Assembly (NCBI GenBank): GCA_964350495.1
Contig: CAYGKG010000006.1
Location: 8,412 to 63,176, forward strand
Length of the DNA: 54,765 nucleotides
Reading direction: 5' to 3'
Origin: an uncultured Alphaproteobacteria bacterium
GTDB lineage: Bacteria > Pseudomonadota > Alphaproteobacteria > SHVP01
The translations under genes were made by a program, and so were the position numbers. The notes under the pieces are model-generated. The model saw only the letters and a list, made by a program, of their open reading frames with translations. It did no database searches and was not told the DNA's origin. Shown here piece after piece: positions 31,894 to 42,488 of the stretch. Positions within the stretch are counted from its first letter, which is position 1. The number at the start of each line of letters is the position of its first letter.

Positions 31894-32741
31894 GACGCCC
31901 CGGACTCGAGCCGGTCGGGATCGACGCTGCCCGAGAAACTGATCGCCACGGGGCCGGTCATCAATACGTGATCGTCATCGGCCCGCCAGACGATCCCGAG
32001 CGGCCCGCCGGGCAGATGAACGGTCGCCTCACGGCCACACAGGCCCCGGCGCGCTGCTGCTACCAGCGTCGCGCATGCCGCCGTCCCGCAGGCAAGCGTG
32101 AGCCCGACGCCCCGCTCCCACACCCGAAGGGTAATGTCGTTCCCTTCCACGGATGCAAGGCTGATATTCGCGCCTTCTGGAAATAAGGCGTGGCGCTCTA
32201 GACTTCGGCCAAATTGATCCAAGCCGTAGCGGCGCGGGTCGTCGACGAAAAACACCGCGTGGGGGTTGCCCATGTTGACCCCGACGGGATCGCTGAGCCG
32301 GCCTGCGTCGGTGTCGATCGCTAGGTCGAGATGCAGCGTGTCCATGGCCATAGCCAGCGGAATCTCCTGCCAGGTCAGACGGGCCGGGCCCATGTCCACC
32401 GTCGTGGCGCCGTCGGCGCCGCGCGATGCCGTCACCAAGCCGGTTACGGTCTCAATCGAGACGACATCGCGCTTGAGTTCGTCCAGGAGGATCGCGCCGA
32501 CGCAGCGGGTTCCGTTGCCGCAGGCCCCAACCGCCGCCCCATCCGCATTCGCCATCGTTAGACCGGCGTCGGCATTCGGTGAGTCACCGATGATCATGAT
32601 CTGGTCGAAACCGATGCCGCGATGCCGGTCAGCAAGCGCCCGAATCCGCTCCTCCGACAGCTGAATCTGCCGGCCACGCGCGTCGATCACGACGAAATCG
32701 TTGCCCAATCCGTGCATTTTGGTGAAATTCAGCGCGCCCAT
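31890..32741 (-). CDS. dapF: Diaminopimelate epimerase
   Basis: FTKMHGLGNDF, ACGNG, MGNPH, WERGVGLTLACGT. Confidence 0.96.
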   Translation of the reverse strand: MGALNFTKMHGLGNDFVVIDARGRQIQLSEERIRALADRHRGIGFDQIMIIGDSPNADAGLTMANADGAAVGACGNGTRCVGAILLDELKRDVVSIETVTGLVTASRGADGATTVDMGPARLTWQEIPLAMAMDTLHLDLAIDTDAGRLSDPVGVNMGNPHAVFFVDDPRRYGLDQFGRSLERHALFPEGANISLASVEGNDITLRVWERGVGLTLACGTAACATLVAAARRGLCGREATVHLPGGPLGIVWRADDDHVLMTGPVAISFSGSVDPDRLESGAS

Positions 32742-32799
32742 GCCGGGGTTATATGGCCCAAACCGCTGAAAATCCAAGGTATTCCCACCGCCCCGATCC

Positions 32800-32828
32800 T
32801 TGACCGGGTTCGGCGCCGGGCGTAAGGT
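32800..32828 (+). promoter_or_regulatory. sigma70 promoter for the ffh operon
   Basis: TTGACC-N17-TAAGGT. Confidence 0.6.
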
Positions 32829-32868
32829 CCGCGCCGTTCACTACGGTTTCAGCCGTAAACCCGGTCAC

Positions 32869-32917
32869 ACGCCGGTACGCCAGTCCGCGAAGGTTCGCGC
32901 ACTGGCGTTTTTGGCGT
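32869..32917 (+). promoter_or_regulatory. ffh 5'-leader hairpin (likely the alphaproteobacterial ffh RNA motif)
   Basis: Nested stems ACGCCGG/TTGGCGT, ACGCCAGT/ACTGGCGT and CGCGA/TCGCG, ending 23 nt upstream of the ffh ATG. Confidence 0.55.
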
Positions 32918-32940
32918 TTGGCGTTACGCGAAGAGATTTG

Positions 32941-34311
32941 ATGTTTGATAGCCTGCAAGAGCGCCTCGGATCGGTCCTAGCCAAGCTAAAGGACCGTGGC
33001 GCACTAAAGGAAAGCGATGTCGCCGAAGCGCTCCGCGAAGTCCGGGTCGCGCTGCTGGAGGCCGACGTCGCCTTGCCGGTGGTCAAAGACTTTATCGCCG
33101 AAGTGCAAAAGAAGGCCGTCGGCGAAGACGTCCTGCGCAGCATCACCCCCGGTCAGATGGTCATCAAGATCGTCCACGACCATTTGGTTGAAATGCTGGG
33201 GGCCGAATCTGCGGGACTCAACCTACGCGCCACACCGCCTGTCCCCATCCTGATCGTCGGCCTGCAGGGCTCCGGTAAGACGACGACCGCGGCCAAACTC
33301 GCGTTGCGGCTTCAGGAGCGGGACAAAAAGAAGGTCTACCTCGCCTCGCTCGACGTCTATCGGCCGGCCGCGCAGGAGCAGTTGCGCGTGCTTGGCGAAC
33401 AGAGCGGCGTGCCCACCCTTCCGATCGTCGACGGGCAGATGCCGCTCGATATTGCGCGCCGCGCCATGCAGGCGGCGAAGCTGCAAGGGTTCGATATCGT
33501 TATTCTCGATACCGCCGGACGGCTCCATATTGACGGCGCGTTGATGAACGAGGTCGCTGGCATTCGCGATGCCGTAAATCCGGCGGAAACCCTCCTGGTT
33601 GCCGACGCCTTAACGGGTCAGGACGCCGTTAACGTCGCCCGCGAATTCAAGGAGCGCATCGGTCTCACCGGTATTGCACTCACCCGCGTAGACGGCGACG
33701 GCCGCGGCGGCGCCGCCTTGAGCATGCGCGCCGTGACGGGATGCCCGATCAAGTTCATGGGCACCGGCGAAAAGCTCGACGCGCTGGAAGAGTTCCACCC
33801 GAGCCGGATCGCCTCGCGCATCCTCGGAATGGGCGACATCGTCAGCTTGGTCGAAAAGGCCCAAGAGACCATCGACGCCGACGAAGCCGCGGCGCTTGAG
33901 AAAAGGTTCATGAAGGGGCAGTTCAACCTCGAGGACATGGCAGCCCAGTTCCGCCAGATGCGACGGATGGGCGGCATGAGCGGGTTGATGAATCTGTTAC
34001 CGGGCGTCGCGAAGGCCAAGAAACAGATGGCCGAGTCGCAGTTGGACGACCGCTTGCTGAGACGTCAGGAAGCCATCATCGGCTCCATGACGCCGCAAGA
34101 ACGTCGCGACATTCGGGTTTTGAACGGGTCGCGGCGGCGTCGGATTGCCAGCGGTTCGGGCGTCGAAATCCAAGACGTGAATCGACTCCTCAAACAGTAC
34201 AAGCAGATTTCGACCATGATGAAGAAGGTCGGGAAACTTGGGAAAAAGGGCAAAGGACTATCGCCCGAATCCCTGCGTAACCTGATTCCGCCGCAACAAT
34301 TTCCGCATTAG
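32941..34311 (+). CDS. ffh: Signal recognition particle protein Ffh
   Basis: MFDSL start, GLQGSGKTT, DTAGR, RILGMGD, M domain. Confidence 0.97.
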   Translation: MFDSLQERLGSVLAKLKDRGALKESDVAEALREVRVALLEADVALPVVKDFIAEVQKKAVGEDVLRSITPGQMVIKIVHDHLVEMLGAESAGLNLRATPPVPILIVGLQGSGKTTTAAKLALRLQERDKKKVYLASLDVYRPAAQEQLRVLGEQSGVPTLPIVDGQMPLDIARRAMQAAKLQGFDIVILDTAGRLHIDGALMNEVAGIRDAVNPAETLLVADALTGQDAVNVAREFKERIGLTGIALTRVDGDGRGGAALSMRAVTGCPIKFMGTGEKLDALEEFHPSRIASRILGMGDIVSLVEKAQETIDADEAAALEKRFMKGQFNLEDMAAQFRQMRRMGGMSGLMNLLPGVAKAKKQMAESQLDDRLLRRQEAIIGSMTPQERRDIRVLNGSRRRRIASGSGVEIQDVNRLLKQYKQISTMMKKVGKLGKKGKGLSPESLRNLIPPQQFPH

Positions 34312-34348
34312 TTCCTGAACGCATTAGCAACCAAGAGGTAGCAGCAAA

Positions 34349-34792
34349 GTGTCAACGAAGATTCGCCTATCCCGAGCCGGCGCCAAGAAGCGCCCGTACT
34401 ATCGCGTCGTGGTCGCCGACGTACGCAGTCCGCGCGACGGCAAGTTCATCGAACGGGTCGGTTCCTACAACCCGCTTTTGCCGAAAACCGATCCGAACCG
34501 CGTCAAGATCAACGCAGAGCGGATCAAGTATTGGCTGGACAATGGGGCGCAGCCGACCGAGCGGGTCGCGCGTTTCCTGGGCGAAGCCGAAATCATCGCC
34601 ATGCCGACGCAACGGAACAGCGTGGAAAAGAGCAAGCCGAAGGCCAAAGCACAGGAGCGCCTGAAGGCAGCCGAGGAAGCAGCCAAAGCTGCTGCCGAAG
34701 CAGCAGCGGCGCCGCAGGAAGAAGCCCCGGCAGCTGAAGTACCCGCCACCGACGCACCGGCGAGCGAAGAGGGTGCGCCGCAGGCGGAATAG
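34349..34792 (+). CDS. rpsP: 30S ribosomal protein S16
   Basis: [35 protein letters not shown]; Ala/Glu-rich tail. Confidence 0.96.
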   Translation: MSTKIRLSRAGAKKRPYYRVVVADVRSPRDGKFIERVGSYNPLLPKTDPNRVKINAERIKYWLDNGAQPTERVARFLGEAEIIAMPTQRNSVEKSKPKAKAQERLKAAEEAAKAAAEAAAAPQEEAPAAEVPATDAPASEEGAPQAE

Positions 34793-35320
34793 TTGACGCA
34801 GGAAACACCAGAGAGAGTCCTGATGGGGGTCGTCACCCGAGCCCACGGCATCCGCGGCGATGTCGTTGTGAAGTGGTTTGGCGAAGACCCCGCAGCAGTT
34901 GGTTCGTACGGAATGTTCGAAGATGAACACGGCACGCGGGAATACCGAATCGAACGGGCAAAGCCGCTCAAAGGAGATACCTTTGTGGCGCATTTTGCCG
35001 GCGTCGACTCGCGCGACGACGCAGAGGCGTTTCGCGGCACGGCCCTGTTCGTCAACCGCACGGCGCTGCCGCCGACCGAAGCTGACGAATTCTATCTCAT
35101 CGATCTCGTCGGACTCGATGCCGTCGACCTTGAGGATCGCCCGGTTGGCCGGGTCTTGGCGATGCACAATTTTGGCGCTGGGGACATCGTCGAGATCGAA
35201 CCTGCCGACGGCGGTGCAACGTTGATGGTGCCGTTCACGCATGACTGCGTGCCCGAGATCGACGTGGGCCGCCGCATCGTCGTCGTGCTCCCGACGGAAG
35301 TCGAGGCACGCCATGACTGA
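34793..35320 (+). CDS. rimM: Ribosome maturation factor RimM
   Basis: [29 protein letters not shown]; lies between rpsP and trmD. Confidence 0.94.
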   Translation: MTQETPERVLMGVVTRAHGIRGDVVVKWFGEDPAAVGSYGMFEDEHGTREYRIERAKPLKGDTFVAHFAGVDSRDDAEAFRGTALFVNRTALPPTEADEFYLIDLVGLDAVDLEDRPVGRVLAMHNFGAGDIVEIEPADGGATLMVPFTHDCVPEIDVGRRIVVVLPTEVEARHD

Positions 35321-36062
35321 TGTTGCGATCCGTACGGACGGGGCGCCGAAATGGACGGCGCAAGTTCTCACCGTCCTTCCCGAAGCCTTTCCCGGTCCGC
35401 TCGGCTTGTCGTTGGCCGGCAGAGGGATGGAGACCGGACTTTGGGCCCTGGACGTAATCGATCTGCGGGACTTTGCGACCGACAGACACCGGACCGTCGA
35501 CGACGCCCCGTTTGGCGGCGGACCGGGCATGGTGATCCGGCCGGACGTCGTCGCACGCGCCCTCGATAACGCCACGACGCGGCATCCTTCCAAGTCACGC
35601 AAACAAATTTATCTCACGCCGCGCGGCACACCGTTGACCCAGGACCGCGTAAGGGAAATCGCTGCGGTCGATGTCGTCACGTTGATCTGCGGCCGGTTCG
35701 AGGGTCTGGACGAGCGTGTTCTCCAAGCCCGCGACATCGAAGAGGTTAGCCTCGGAGATTTCATTCTTTCCGGCGGCGAACCCGCGGCTATTGCGCTGAT
35801 CGACGCTGTCGTGCGGCTACAGCCGGGGATCATCGGAGACCGGGAGAGCTTGTTGGAGGAGTCCTTCGAAGACGGGCTTCTGGAATACCCCCATTACACC
35901 CGACCCAGGATTTGGGAAGGGATGGCCGTGCCCGACGTCCTGATCTCGGGACATCACGAACGGGTTCGTGAATGGCGCAAAAGCCAAGCAGACCAAATCA
36001 CCAAACAGCGGCGACCGGATCTCTGGCACCGGCATGCCGAATGCAGAAAGGCAAGGATCTAG
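35313..36062 (+). CDS. trmD: tRNA (guanine37-N1)-methyltransferase
   Basis: [41 protein letters not shown]. Confidence 0.96.
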   Translation: MTDVAIRTDGAPKWTAQVLTVLPEAFPGPLGLSLAGRGMETGLWALDVIDLRDFATDRHRTVDDAPFGGGPGMVIRPDVVARALDNATTRHPSKSRKQIYLTPRGTPLTQDRVREIAAVDVVTLICGRFEGLDERVLQARDIEEVSLGDFILSGGEPAAIALIDAVVRLQPGIIGDRESLLEESFEDGLLEYPHYTRPRIWEGMAVPDVLISGHHERVREWRKSQADQITKQRRPDLWHRHAECRKARI

Positions 36063-36064
36063 CC

Positions 36065-36466
36065 ATGAACATTATCGAGCAGCTTGAAAAAGACCAGGTG
36101 GAGCGTCGCGCCACCCAAGTCCCCGAATTCGGCCCAGGCGATACGATGCGCGTCAGCATCAAGGTCGTCGAGGGCGAACGCGAACGCGTTCAGGTTTTCG
36201 AAGGCGTCTGTATCGCCCGCAAGAACCGCGGCCTCAACTCCGCCTTTACCGTCCGCAAGATTTCTTACGGCGAGGGTGTGGAGCGAATCTTCCAGCTACA
36301 CTCGCCGCAAATTGCCGGCATCGAGGTCGTGCGTCGCGGCGACGTTCGCCGCGCAAAGCTCTACTACTTGCGCGGCCGTACCGGGAAGCGCGCGCGGATC
36401 GCGGAGAAGCGGGACGACCGTCGCCCGGCGGGCGGCACGGCCAAAGAAGAGGCCCCCAACAAATAG
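36065..36466 (+). CDS. rplS: 50S ribosomal protein L19
   Basis: [38 protein letters not shown]. Confidence 0.97.
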   Translation: MNIIEQLEKDQVERRATQVPEFGPGDTMRVSIKVVEGERERVQVFEGVCIARKNRGLNSAFTVRKISYGEGVERIFQLHSPQIAGIEVVRRGDVRRAKLYYLRGRTGKRARIAEKRDDRRPAGGTAKEEAPNK

Positions 36467-36488
36467 CTCCAAGCGAAGGCGAAGCGTT

Positions 36489-37901
36489 ATGGCGAATGCA
36501 CGCACTCTATTCGACAAGATCTGGGACGCCCATTTAGTCAAGGAACTGGATGACGGCACAGCGGTGGTCTACATCGACCGCCACTTGGTCCACGAGGTGA
36601 CCAGCCCGCAGGCCTTTGAGGGACTGCGCTTGGCTGGGCGGAAGGTTCGTAGCCCGGCCAGAACCCTCGCGGTCCCAGACCATAACGTGCCGACGACGGC
36701 TGACCGGCTGTCCACGGTAAAGGACGAGGACTCCCGCATTCAACTCGACGCGTTGAAGAAGAACGTCGCCGACTTCGGTGTCCCCTACATCCCGATCGAC
36801 GATATTCGCCAGGGAATCGTCCACATCATCGGGCCGGAACAGGGCCTGACCCAACCCGGGATGACCATCGTCTGCGGGGACTCGCATACGGCGACGCATG
36901 GCGCCTTCGGGGCCCTCGCCTTCGGCATCGGCACGTCGGAGGTCGAACACGTTCTGGCAACGCAAACCTTGCTGATGAAGCGCCCCGCCAACATGCGCAT
37001 CACGGTCACGGGCGCCCTGAAGAACGGTGTAACGGCGAAAGACTTGATCCTTGCCATTATCGGCAAGATCGGGACGGCCGGCGGCACCGGACACGTCATC
37101 GAATACGCTGGGCAGGCTATCCGCGATCTGTCGATGGAAGCGCGCATGACGGTCTGCAACATGAGCATCGAGGCAGGGGCCCGCGCGGGCCTCATCGCCC
37201 CGGACGAAACAACCTTCGCCTACGTCAAAGGCCGCCCGATGGCGCCGAAGGCCGGCCAATGGGAACAGGCCGTCGCTTACTGGGAATCCTTGCGGTCGGA
37301 TGCGGACGCGACCTACGACAAAGAGGTCACGATCAATGCCTCCGACATCGTGCCCCAAGTGACATGGGGCACCAGCCCCGAAGATGTCGTTCCAGTCACC
37401 GGCCGGGTGCCCGGCCCGAACGATGCGAAGGATGACGCCAAGAAGGTCGCGATCGAACGTGCGCTCGACTACATGGGCCTGACACCGGGAACGCCGATCA
37501 CCGAAATCAAGGTCGACAGGGTTTTCATCGGTTCGTGCACCAATGCCCGCATCGAGGATCTCCGCAGCGCCGCCGCCATTACCAAGGGGCGCAAGGTGGC
37601 ACCGGGCGTGATCGCCCTCGTCGTGCCCGGATCAGGGCTCGTCAAACAGCAGGCCGAGGAAGAGGGTTTAGACCAGATCTTCCTCGAGGCCGGCTGGGAA
37701 TGGCGCGAACCGGGGTGCTCGATGTGTCTTGGTATGAACCCCGACAAGGTCGGTGCCGGCGAGCGCTGTGCGTCGACCTCGAACCGCAACTTCGAAGGCC
37801 GCCAAGGCACCGGCGCCCGCACACACTTGGTCAGCCCGGCGATGGCCGCGGCGGCTGCCGTGACGGGCCACCTCGCCGACGTCCGCGACCTCGCCAACTA
37901 A
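36489..37901 (+). CDS. leuC: 3-isopropylmalate dehydratase large subunit
   Basis: [43 protein letters not shown]. Confidence 0.97.
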   Translation: MANARTLFDKIWDAHLVKELDDGTAVVYIDRHLVHEVTSPQAFEGLRLAGRKVRSPARTLAVPDHNVPTTADRLSTVKDEDSRIQLDALKKNVADFGVPYIPIDDIRQGIVHIIGPEQGLTQPGMTIVCGDSHTATHGAFGALAFGIGTSEVEHVLATQTLLMKRPANMRITVTGALKNGVTAKDLILAIIGKIGTAGGTGHVIEYAGQAIRDLSMEARMTVCNMSIEAGARAGLIAPDETTFAYVKGRPMAPKAGQWEQAVAYWESLRSDADATYDKEVTINASDIVPQVTWGTSPEDVVPVTGRVPGPNDAKDDAKKVAIERALDYMGLTPGTPITEIKVDRVFIGSCTNARIEDLRSAAAITKGRKVAPGVIALVVPGSGLVKQQAEEEGLDQIFLEAGWEWREPGCSMCLGMNPDKVGAGERCASTSNRNFEGRQGTGARTHLVSPAMAAAAAVTGHLADVRDLAN

Positions 37902-37912
37902 CGGATCGAACC

Positions 37913-38512
37913 ATGGATAAGTTTGACGTTTTGAAGGGCACGGCCGCGCCGATGCCCCTCAAGAATATCGATACGGATATGATCATTCCCGCCCAGTTCT
38001 TGAAAACGATCAAGCGGACGGGCTTGGGAAAGGTCGCGTTCTTCCGCATGCGATTCGACGAGAAGGGCGCCGAGAAACCGGATTTCGTTTTGAATCAAGA
38101 GCCCTTTCGGAACGCGAAAATCATCGTCGCAGGAGACAACTTCGGTTGCGGGTCGAGCCGCGAACACGCCCCGTGGGCGTTGGCGGATTTCGGCATTCGC
38201 TGCGTCATCTCCACCAGCTTCGCCGACATCTTCTTCAACAACTCGGCCAAGAACGGCATTCTTCTGGTCGTCGTCTCGGCGGCCGACCGTGACACCTTGA
38301 TGAAGGACGCCCAGCAGGGCGCAACCCTGACAGTCGACCTCGCAAAGCAAACGATTCGCCGTGCCGACGGGTCGGAGATCGCATTCGACGTCGATGCCAA
38401 CCGCAAGCACAACCTGCTGAACGGCCTTGACGACATTGGTTTGACGCTTGAGCACGCCGCCGACATCAGTGCCTACGAAGATCGCCTCGGCACCGAGCGT
38501 CCCTGGCTATAG
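37913..38512 (+). CDS. leuD: 3-isopropylmalate dehydratase small subunit
   Basis: [30 protein letters not shown]. Confidence 0.97.
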   Translation: MDKFDVLKGTAAPMPLKNIDTDMIIPAQFLKTIKRTGLGKVAFFRMRFDEKGAEKPDFVLNQEPFRNAKIIVAGDNFGCGSSREHAPWALADFGIRCVISTSFADIFFNNSAKNGILLVVVSAADRDTLMKDAQQGATLTVDLAKQTIRRADGSEIAFDVDANRKHNLLNGLDDIGLTLEHAADISAYEDRLGTERPWL

Positions 38513-38525
38513 GAGCCCCGCCGGC

Positions 38526-39635
38526 ATGAACAACAAGAAACTCTTGGTCTTGGCCGGCGACGGCATTGGCCCCGAATGCGTCGCGCAGACCCTGCGGGTC
38601 GTCGATTGGTTCGAGCGCAAACGCTCGCTCGCCTTCGACATCGAGGAGGACTTGGTCGGGGGTGCGGCCTACGACGCCCACGGCACCTCGCTGACCGACG
38701 CGACCATGCAAAAGGCGGTCGATGCCGATGCGATTCTGTTCGGCTCGGTCGGCGGGCCGAAGTGGGACGGCGTGGCGCGCCATCTGCGGCCGGAAAACGG
38801 CCTCTTGCGCCTGCGTAAGCGCCTCGACCTCTTTGCGAACCTGCGTCCGGCCTACGTGTTCCCGGCGCTGGCCGAGGCGTCGAGCCTGAAAACCGACTTG
38901 GTGTCGGGCCTCGACATCATGATCATCCGCGAACTGACCGGCGGCGTGTACTTCGGCGAACCCAAGGAAATCACGACTCTGCCCGACGGGTCCAAACGGG
39001 CGATCGATTCGCAAATCTACACTACTCAGGAAATTGCCCGGACTGCCCGCGTAGCGTTCGACCTCGCCAAACAACGCGGCAACAAAGTGTGTTCGGTCGA
39101 GAAGTCGAACGTCATGGAGACAGGCGTTCTGTGGCGCGAAGTCGTCAGCCAGATCCACCGGGACGAATATCCCGATGTCGAACTCAGTCATATGCTCGCC
39201 GACGCCTGCGCCATGCAGCTGCTGCGTGCGCCCAAGCAGTTCGAGATTATCGTGACCGACAATCTGTTCGGCGACATGCTCTCGGACGAGGCGGCGATGC
39301 TGACGGGGTCGATCGGGATGCTGCCCTCGGCCTCGCTCGGTGCGCCCGACGCGCAAGGAAGACGACCGGCGCTCTACGAGCCCTGCCACGGGAGCGCGCC
39401 GGACATCGCCGGCATGGGGATCGCCAACCCACTCGCCGAGATCATGAGCTTCGCCATGTTGTTGCGTTACTCTTTCGCGCTGTCGGCCGAAGCCGATCTG
39501 ATCGAGAAGGCGGTCGGAAACGTCCTCGATTCAGGCATTCGAACCGGGGACATCATGCAGCCCGGGAAAACCAAAGTATCGACGAGTGCCATGGGCGACG
39601 CTGTGTTGGCTCAATTAGACGCCCTCGTCGCCTAA
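38526..39635 (+). CDS. leuB: 3-isopropylmalate dehydrogenase
   Basis: [39 protein letters not shown]. Confidence 0.97.
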   Translation: MNNKKLLVLAGDGIGPECVAQTLRVVDWFERKRSLAFDIEEDLVGGAAYDAHGTSLTDATMQKAVDADAILFGSVGGPKWDGVARHLRPENGLLRLRKRLDLFANLRPAYVFPALAEASSLKTDLVSGLDIMIIRELTGGVYFGEPKEITTLPDGSKRAIDSQIYTTQEIARTARVAFDLAKQRGNKVCSVEKSNVMETGVLWREVVSQIHRDEYPDVELSHMLADACAMQLLRAPKQFEIIVTDNLFGDMLSDEAAMLTGSIGMLPSASLGAPDAQGRRPALYEPCHGSAPDIAGMGIANPLAEIMSFAMLLRYSFALSAEADLIEKAVGNVLDSGIRTGDIMQPGKTKVSTSAMGDAVLAQLDALVA

Positions 39636-39658
39636 AAGCCGTGAACGGAGTCTGGATG

Positions 39659-40681
39659 ATGGGTTACAAGATCGCAGTCGTCGGCGCGACCGGGAATGTC
39701 GGTCGCGAGATGCTGAATATCCTTGAAGAGCGGCAGTTTCCGATCACCGAAGTCGTGGCTCTCGCGTCGCGGCGATCGGTCGGCAGAGAGGCCGCTTTCG
39801 GAGATCGGCGTCTCAAGGTACAGGCGCTGGAAGACTACGACTTCATGGGCACCGATATCGCGTTGTTTTCCGCCGGGTCGCCGGTGTCGGAGGAATACGC
39901 GCCAAAGGCGGCGCGTGCTGGATGTGTCGTAATCGACAACTCCTCCAAGTTCCGCATGGACCCCGATGTCCCGCTCATCGTGCCTGAGGTCAACGCCGAA
40001 GCGATCTCAGGGTACCGGCGCAAAAACATCATTGCCAATCCCAATTGCTCGACGGCGCAACTGGTTGTCGCCCTCAAACCGATTCACGACGCTGCCGGGA
40101 TCAAGCGGGTGGTGGTGTCGACCTATCAATCCACCTCCGGCGCCGGCAAAGAGGCGATGGACGAACTCTTCAACCAGACCAAGGCGATCTACGTGAACGA
40201 CCCGGTCAAGCCGGTCCAGTTCACCAAACAAATCGCATTCAATGTCATCCCACATATCGATGTCTTCATGGAGGACGGCTACACTAAAGAAGAGTGGAAG
40301 ATGATGGTCGAGACGAAGAAGATTCTCGACCCGAAGATTAAATTGAGCGCGACGTGTGTTCGAGTACCGACATTTGTCGGGCATGCGGAAGCCGTCAATC
40401 TAGAACTGGAACGACCGATGTCCGCCGCCGATGCGCGCGCGCTATTGAGGGAGTCACCCGGCCTAATGGTCGTCGACAAACCTGAGGATGGGGGCTACAT
40501 CACGCCCGTCGATTGCGTCGGCGACTATGCGACTTTTGTCAGCCGGATTCGCGAGGACGCAACGGTCGAAAACGGTCTAAACCTGTGGATCGTCTCGGAC
40601 AATCTGCGCAAGGGCGCTGCGCTCAACGCCGTCCAGATCGCCGAATCGCTGATCAACCGCTACCTCAAGAAAGCCGCCTAG
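39659..40681 (+). CDS. asd: Aspartate-semialdehyde dehydrogenase
   Basis: VVGATGNVG, IANPNCST, STYQSTSGAG, DNLRKGAALNAVQI. Confidence 0.97.
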   Translation: MGYKIAVVGATGNVGREMLNILEERQFPITEVVALASRRSVGREAAFGDRRLKVQALEDYDFMGTDIALFSAGSPVSEEYAPKAARAGCVVIDNSSKFRMDPDVPLIVPEVNAEAISGYRRKNIIANPNCSTAQLVVALKPIHDAAGIKRVVVSTYQSTSGAGKEAMDELFNQTKAIYVNDPVKPVQFTKQIAFNVIPHIDVFMEDGYTKEEWKMMVETKKILDPKIKLSATCVRVPTFVGHAEAVNLELERPMSAADARALLRESPGLMVVDKPEDGGYITPVDCVGDYATFVSRIREDATVENGLNLWIVSDNLRKGAALNAVQIAESLINRYLKKAA

Positions 40682-41519
40682 GCACCGCCCGAAACAACTG
40701 CGTCGGGGCGGCAATCTCGCCCCGCGCCGCAGACAATGCCAAATCTGGATTCGGGCCGGTCGCGCTCAGAACGCCGTATACCGACGACACCGCGCACGAC
40801 AGCGCTGCCGCGGTGCTGCGAGCGCCAGCCGCCAGTTTGGCGGCCAAGATCCCGCTCAACAGGTCGCCCGCGCCATGCGCGGGTGTGACGATGCGCGGCG
40901 TCCGGATCACCCAAGCCGACTCGCGCTCCAAAAGATAGGTGTCGATCCTATCCACCGGGGTGTCCGCCGTGACCACCGACGTCACGACGACCGATTGCGG
41001 CCCCATCGCTTGGAGACGCGCCGCAGCGATCCATACGTCAGCATCGGTCTGCGCCGGCGTGCCGGTCAGATACGTCAGCTCGAAGTGGTTTGGCGTCACG
41101 ACGTTACTTGCGGGCACCAGCACCTGCCGGATGGCCTGACCAATGGTGTCGGCGACATAGAGACCGGGCCCCGTGTCGCCCAGGACCGGATCGCAAATGT
41201 AGCGGACGCTCGGATTGGACCGGCGCGCCGCCGCCAGGGCTGTGACCACGCCATCCGCCTGATCTGCATGACCGAGGAAGCCGGAGAGCACTTGCCCAAC
41301 GCGCGCCATGAGCTTGTTTCCTTCGAGTGCCGCGATGATCCGACGGTGGTGGGCTGCGGACACGACCTCGCCGCTGTGCCCGCGTCCCGCTGGATGGTTC
41401 GAGTAGAGGACGGTCGGCACCGGCCAGAGTTCTTGACCGAGAAGGGCGAACGCGGCCCCTGCTGCATTGTTGCCGACAAACCCCGCGACAACGGCGGATT
41501 GAAAGGAGAGGGTTGGCAT
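40665..41519 (-). CDS. pdxY: Pyridoxal kinase (PdxY/PdxK family)
   Basis: QS.VV.G.VGN, SNH, DPVLGD, TPNHFEL, anion-hole GAGD. Confidence 0.85.
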   Translation of the reverse strand: MPTLSFQSAVVAGFVGNNAAGAAFALLGQELWPVPTVLYSNHPAGRGHSGEVVSAAHHRRIIAALEGNKLMARVGQVLSGFLGHADQADGVVTALAAARRSNPSVRYICDPVLGDTGPGLYVADTIGQAIRQVLVPASNVVTPNHFELTYLTGTPAQTDADVWIAAARLQAMGPQSVVVTSVVTADTPVDRIDTYLLERESAWVIRTPRIVTPAHGAGDLLSGILAAKLAAGARSTAAALSCAVSSVYGVLSATGPNPDLALSAARGEIAAPTQLFRAVPRRLS

Positions 41520-41566
41520 CGCTCAACATCCCTTGCGCTTCAGTGCTGCAAATCGGCTGCGTTCGA

Positions 41567-41595
41567 TTGACTTGCCGGGGGGCCCGGTTTCTAAT
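41567..41595 (+). promoter_or_regulatory. sigma70 promoter for sdhCDAB
   Basis: TTGACT-N17-TCTAAT. Confidence 0.55.
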
Positions 41596-41627
41596 CGGTG
41601 CCTCATTTTGGCAAGAAATCTGTCAAT

Positions 41628-41676
41628 CATCACGGACCGAAACGGGTCCCTCCATCACGGGCCGAAACCGGCCCTT
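41628..41676 (+). repeat. Tandem 24-nt repeat (25-nt period), each copy a hairpin, in the sdhC leader
   Basis: CATCACGGACCGAAACGGGTCCCT and CATCACGGGCCGAAACCGGCCCTT; stems GGACC/GGTCC and GGGCC/GGCCC. Confidence 0.8.
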
Positions 41677-41708
41677 CGTTGCTGTCTCGAGGCTGAAAGG
41701 TCGCGCCG

Positions 41709-42104
41709 ATGAGTGTGCATGATCGCCCTCTTTCTCCCCACCTCCAGATATACCGGTGGCCGATATCGATGACCCTGTCGATCCTGCACCGGATTACGGG
41801 CGTCGGATTGGGCCTGGGGACGCTATTGATGGCCTATTGGCTGATCGCTGCGGCGGCCGGTCCCGACTGGTTCGCCGATGCGCAAACATTCTTGGGCAGC
41901 ATCCTTGGACGCGTCATCTTGCTTGGCTTCACGGTGTCGCTGACCTTTCATTTTTGTAACGGCATCCGTCATCTGTTTTGGGACGCCGGCAAGGGTTTCG
42001 AGCTCGGCACCGCACGGGCGAGCGGTATTGCCGTCTTTGTCGGCACGGTCGTTCTGACTGCCGCGACCTGGTTCATTGCCTATGCCCTCAGGGGGAGCGT
42101 ATGA
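41709..42104 (+). CDS. sdhC: Succinate dehydrogenase cytochrome b556 subunit
   Basis: RPLSPHLQIY, SILHRITG, HFCNGIRHLFWD. Confidence 0.96.
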   Translation: MSVHDRPLSPHLQIYRWPISMTLSILHRITGVGLGLGTLLMAYWLIAAAAGPDWFADAQTFLGSILGRVILLGFTVSLTFHFCNGIRHLFWDAGKGFELGTARASGIAVFVGTVVLTAATWFIAYALRGSV

Positions 42105-42481
42105 GCCTCAGAACACCCCTCGGACGGGTTCGCGGCCTTGGGTCCGCGAAGGAAGGCACCCAACATTGGTGGCACCAGCGGGTCACAGCGTTGGCGTTGG
42201 TATTGCTTTCCGGATGGTTCGTAATTTCGTTGATCCTCATGACGGGCGCTTCCTATGAAGAGGTTCGTGCCTGGATCGGGCATCCGGTCGTCACCGGTCT
42301 CCTTCTGCTGACGATCGGTTTCACTTTCTATCATCTCAAGCTGGGCTTGCAGGTGGTGATCGAAGACTATGTCCACAGTGAAATGATCAAGGTTGGCTCC
42401 CTGATGTTGATGTCGGCCACTTGCTTGGTCGTCGGGGTAGCCAGCGCGCTTTCCGTCCTATTCGTCGCTTTCGGGAACTGA
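42101..42481 (+). CDS. sdhD: Succinate dehydrogenase membrane anchor
   Basis: [38 protein letters not shown]. Confidence 0.96.
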   Translation: MSLRTPLGRVRGLGSAKEGTQHWWHQRVTALALVLLSGWFVISLILMTGASYEEVRAWIGHPVVTGLLLLTIGFTFYHLKLGLQVVIEDYVHSEMIKVGSLMLMSATCLVVGVASALSVLFVAFGN

Positions 42482-42488
42482 CACAGTT

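Noticed and set aside
32801-32867. 10-bp inverted repeat TGACCGGGTT/AACCCGGTCA closing an apparent three-way junction (SRP RNA or riboswitch?)
   Set aside because: The left arm overlaps the predicted -35, so it would not be in the ffh transcript; no SRP domain IV motif is present.
36084-39658. Long N-terminal extensions on ORF-track LeuC, LeuD, LeuB and Asd (also Ffh, FtsY, CcmH)
   Set aside because: Artefacts of upstream alternative starts overlapping neighbouring genes; the conserved N-termini begin at downstream ATGs.
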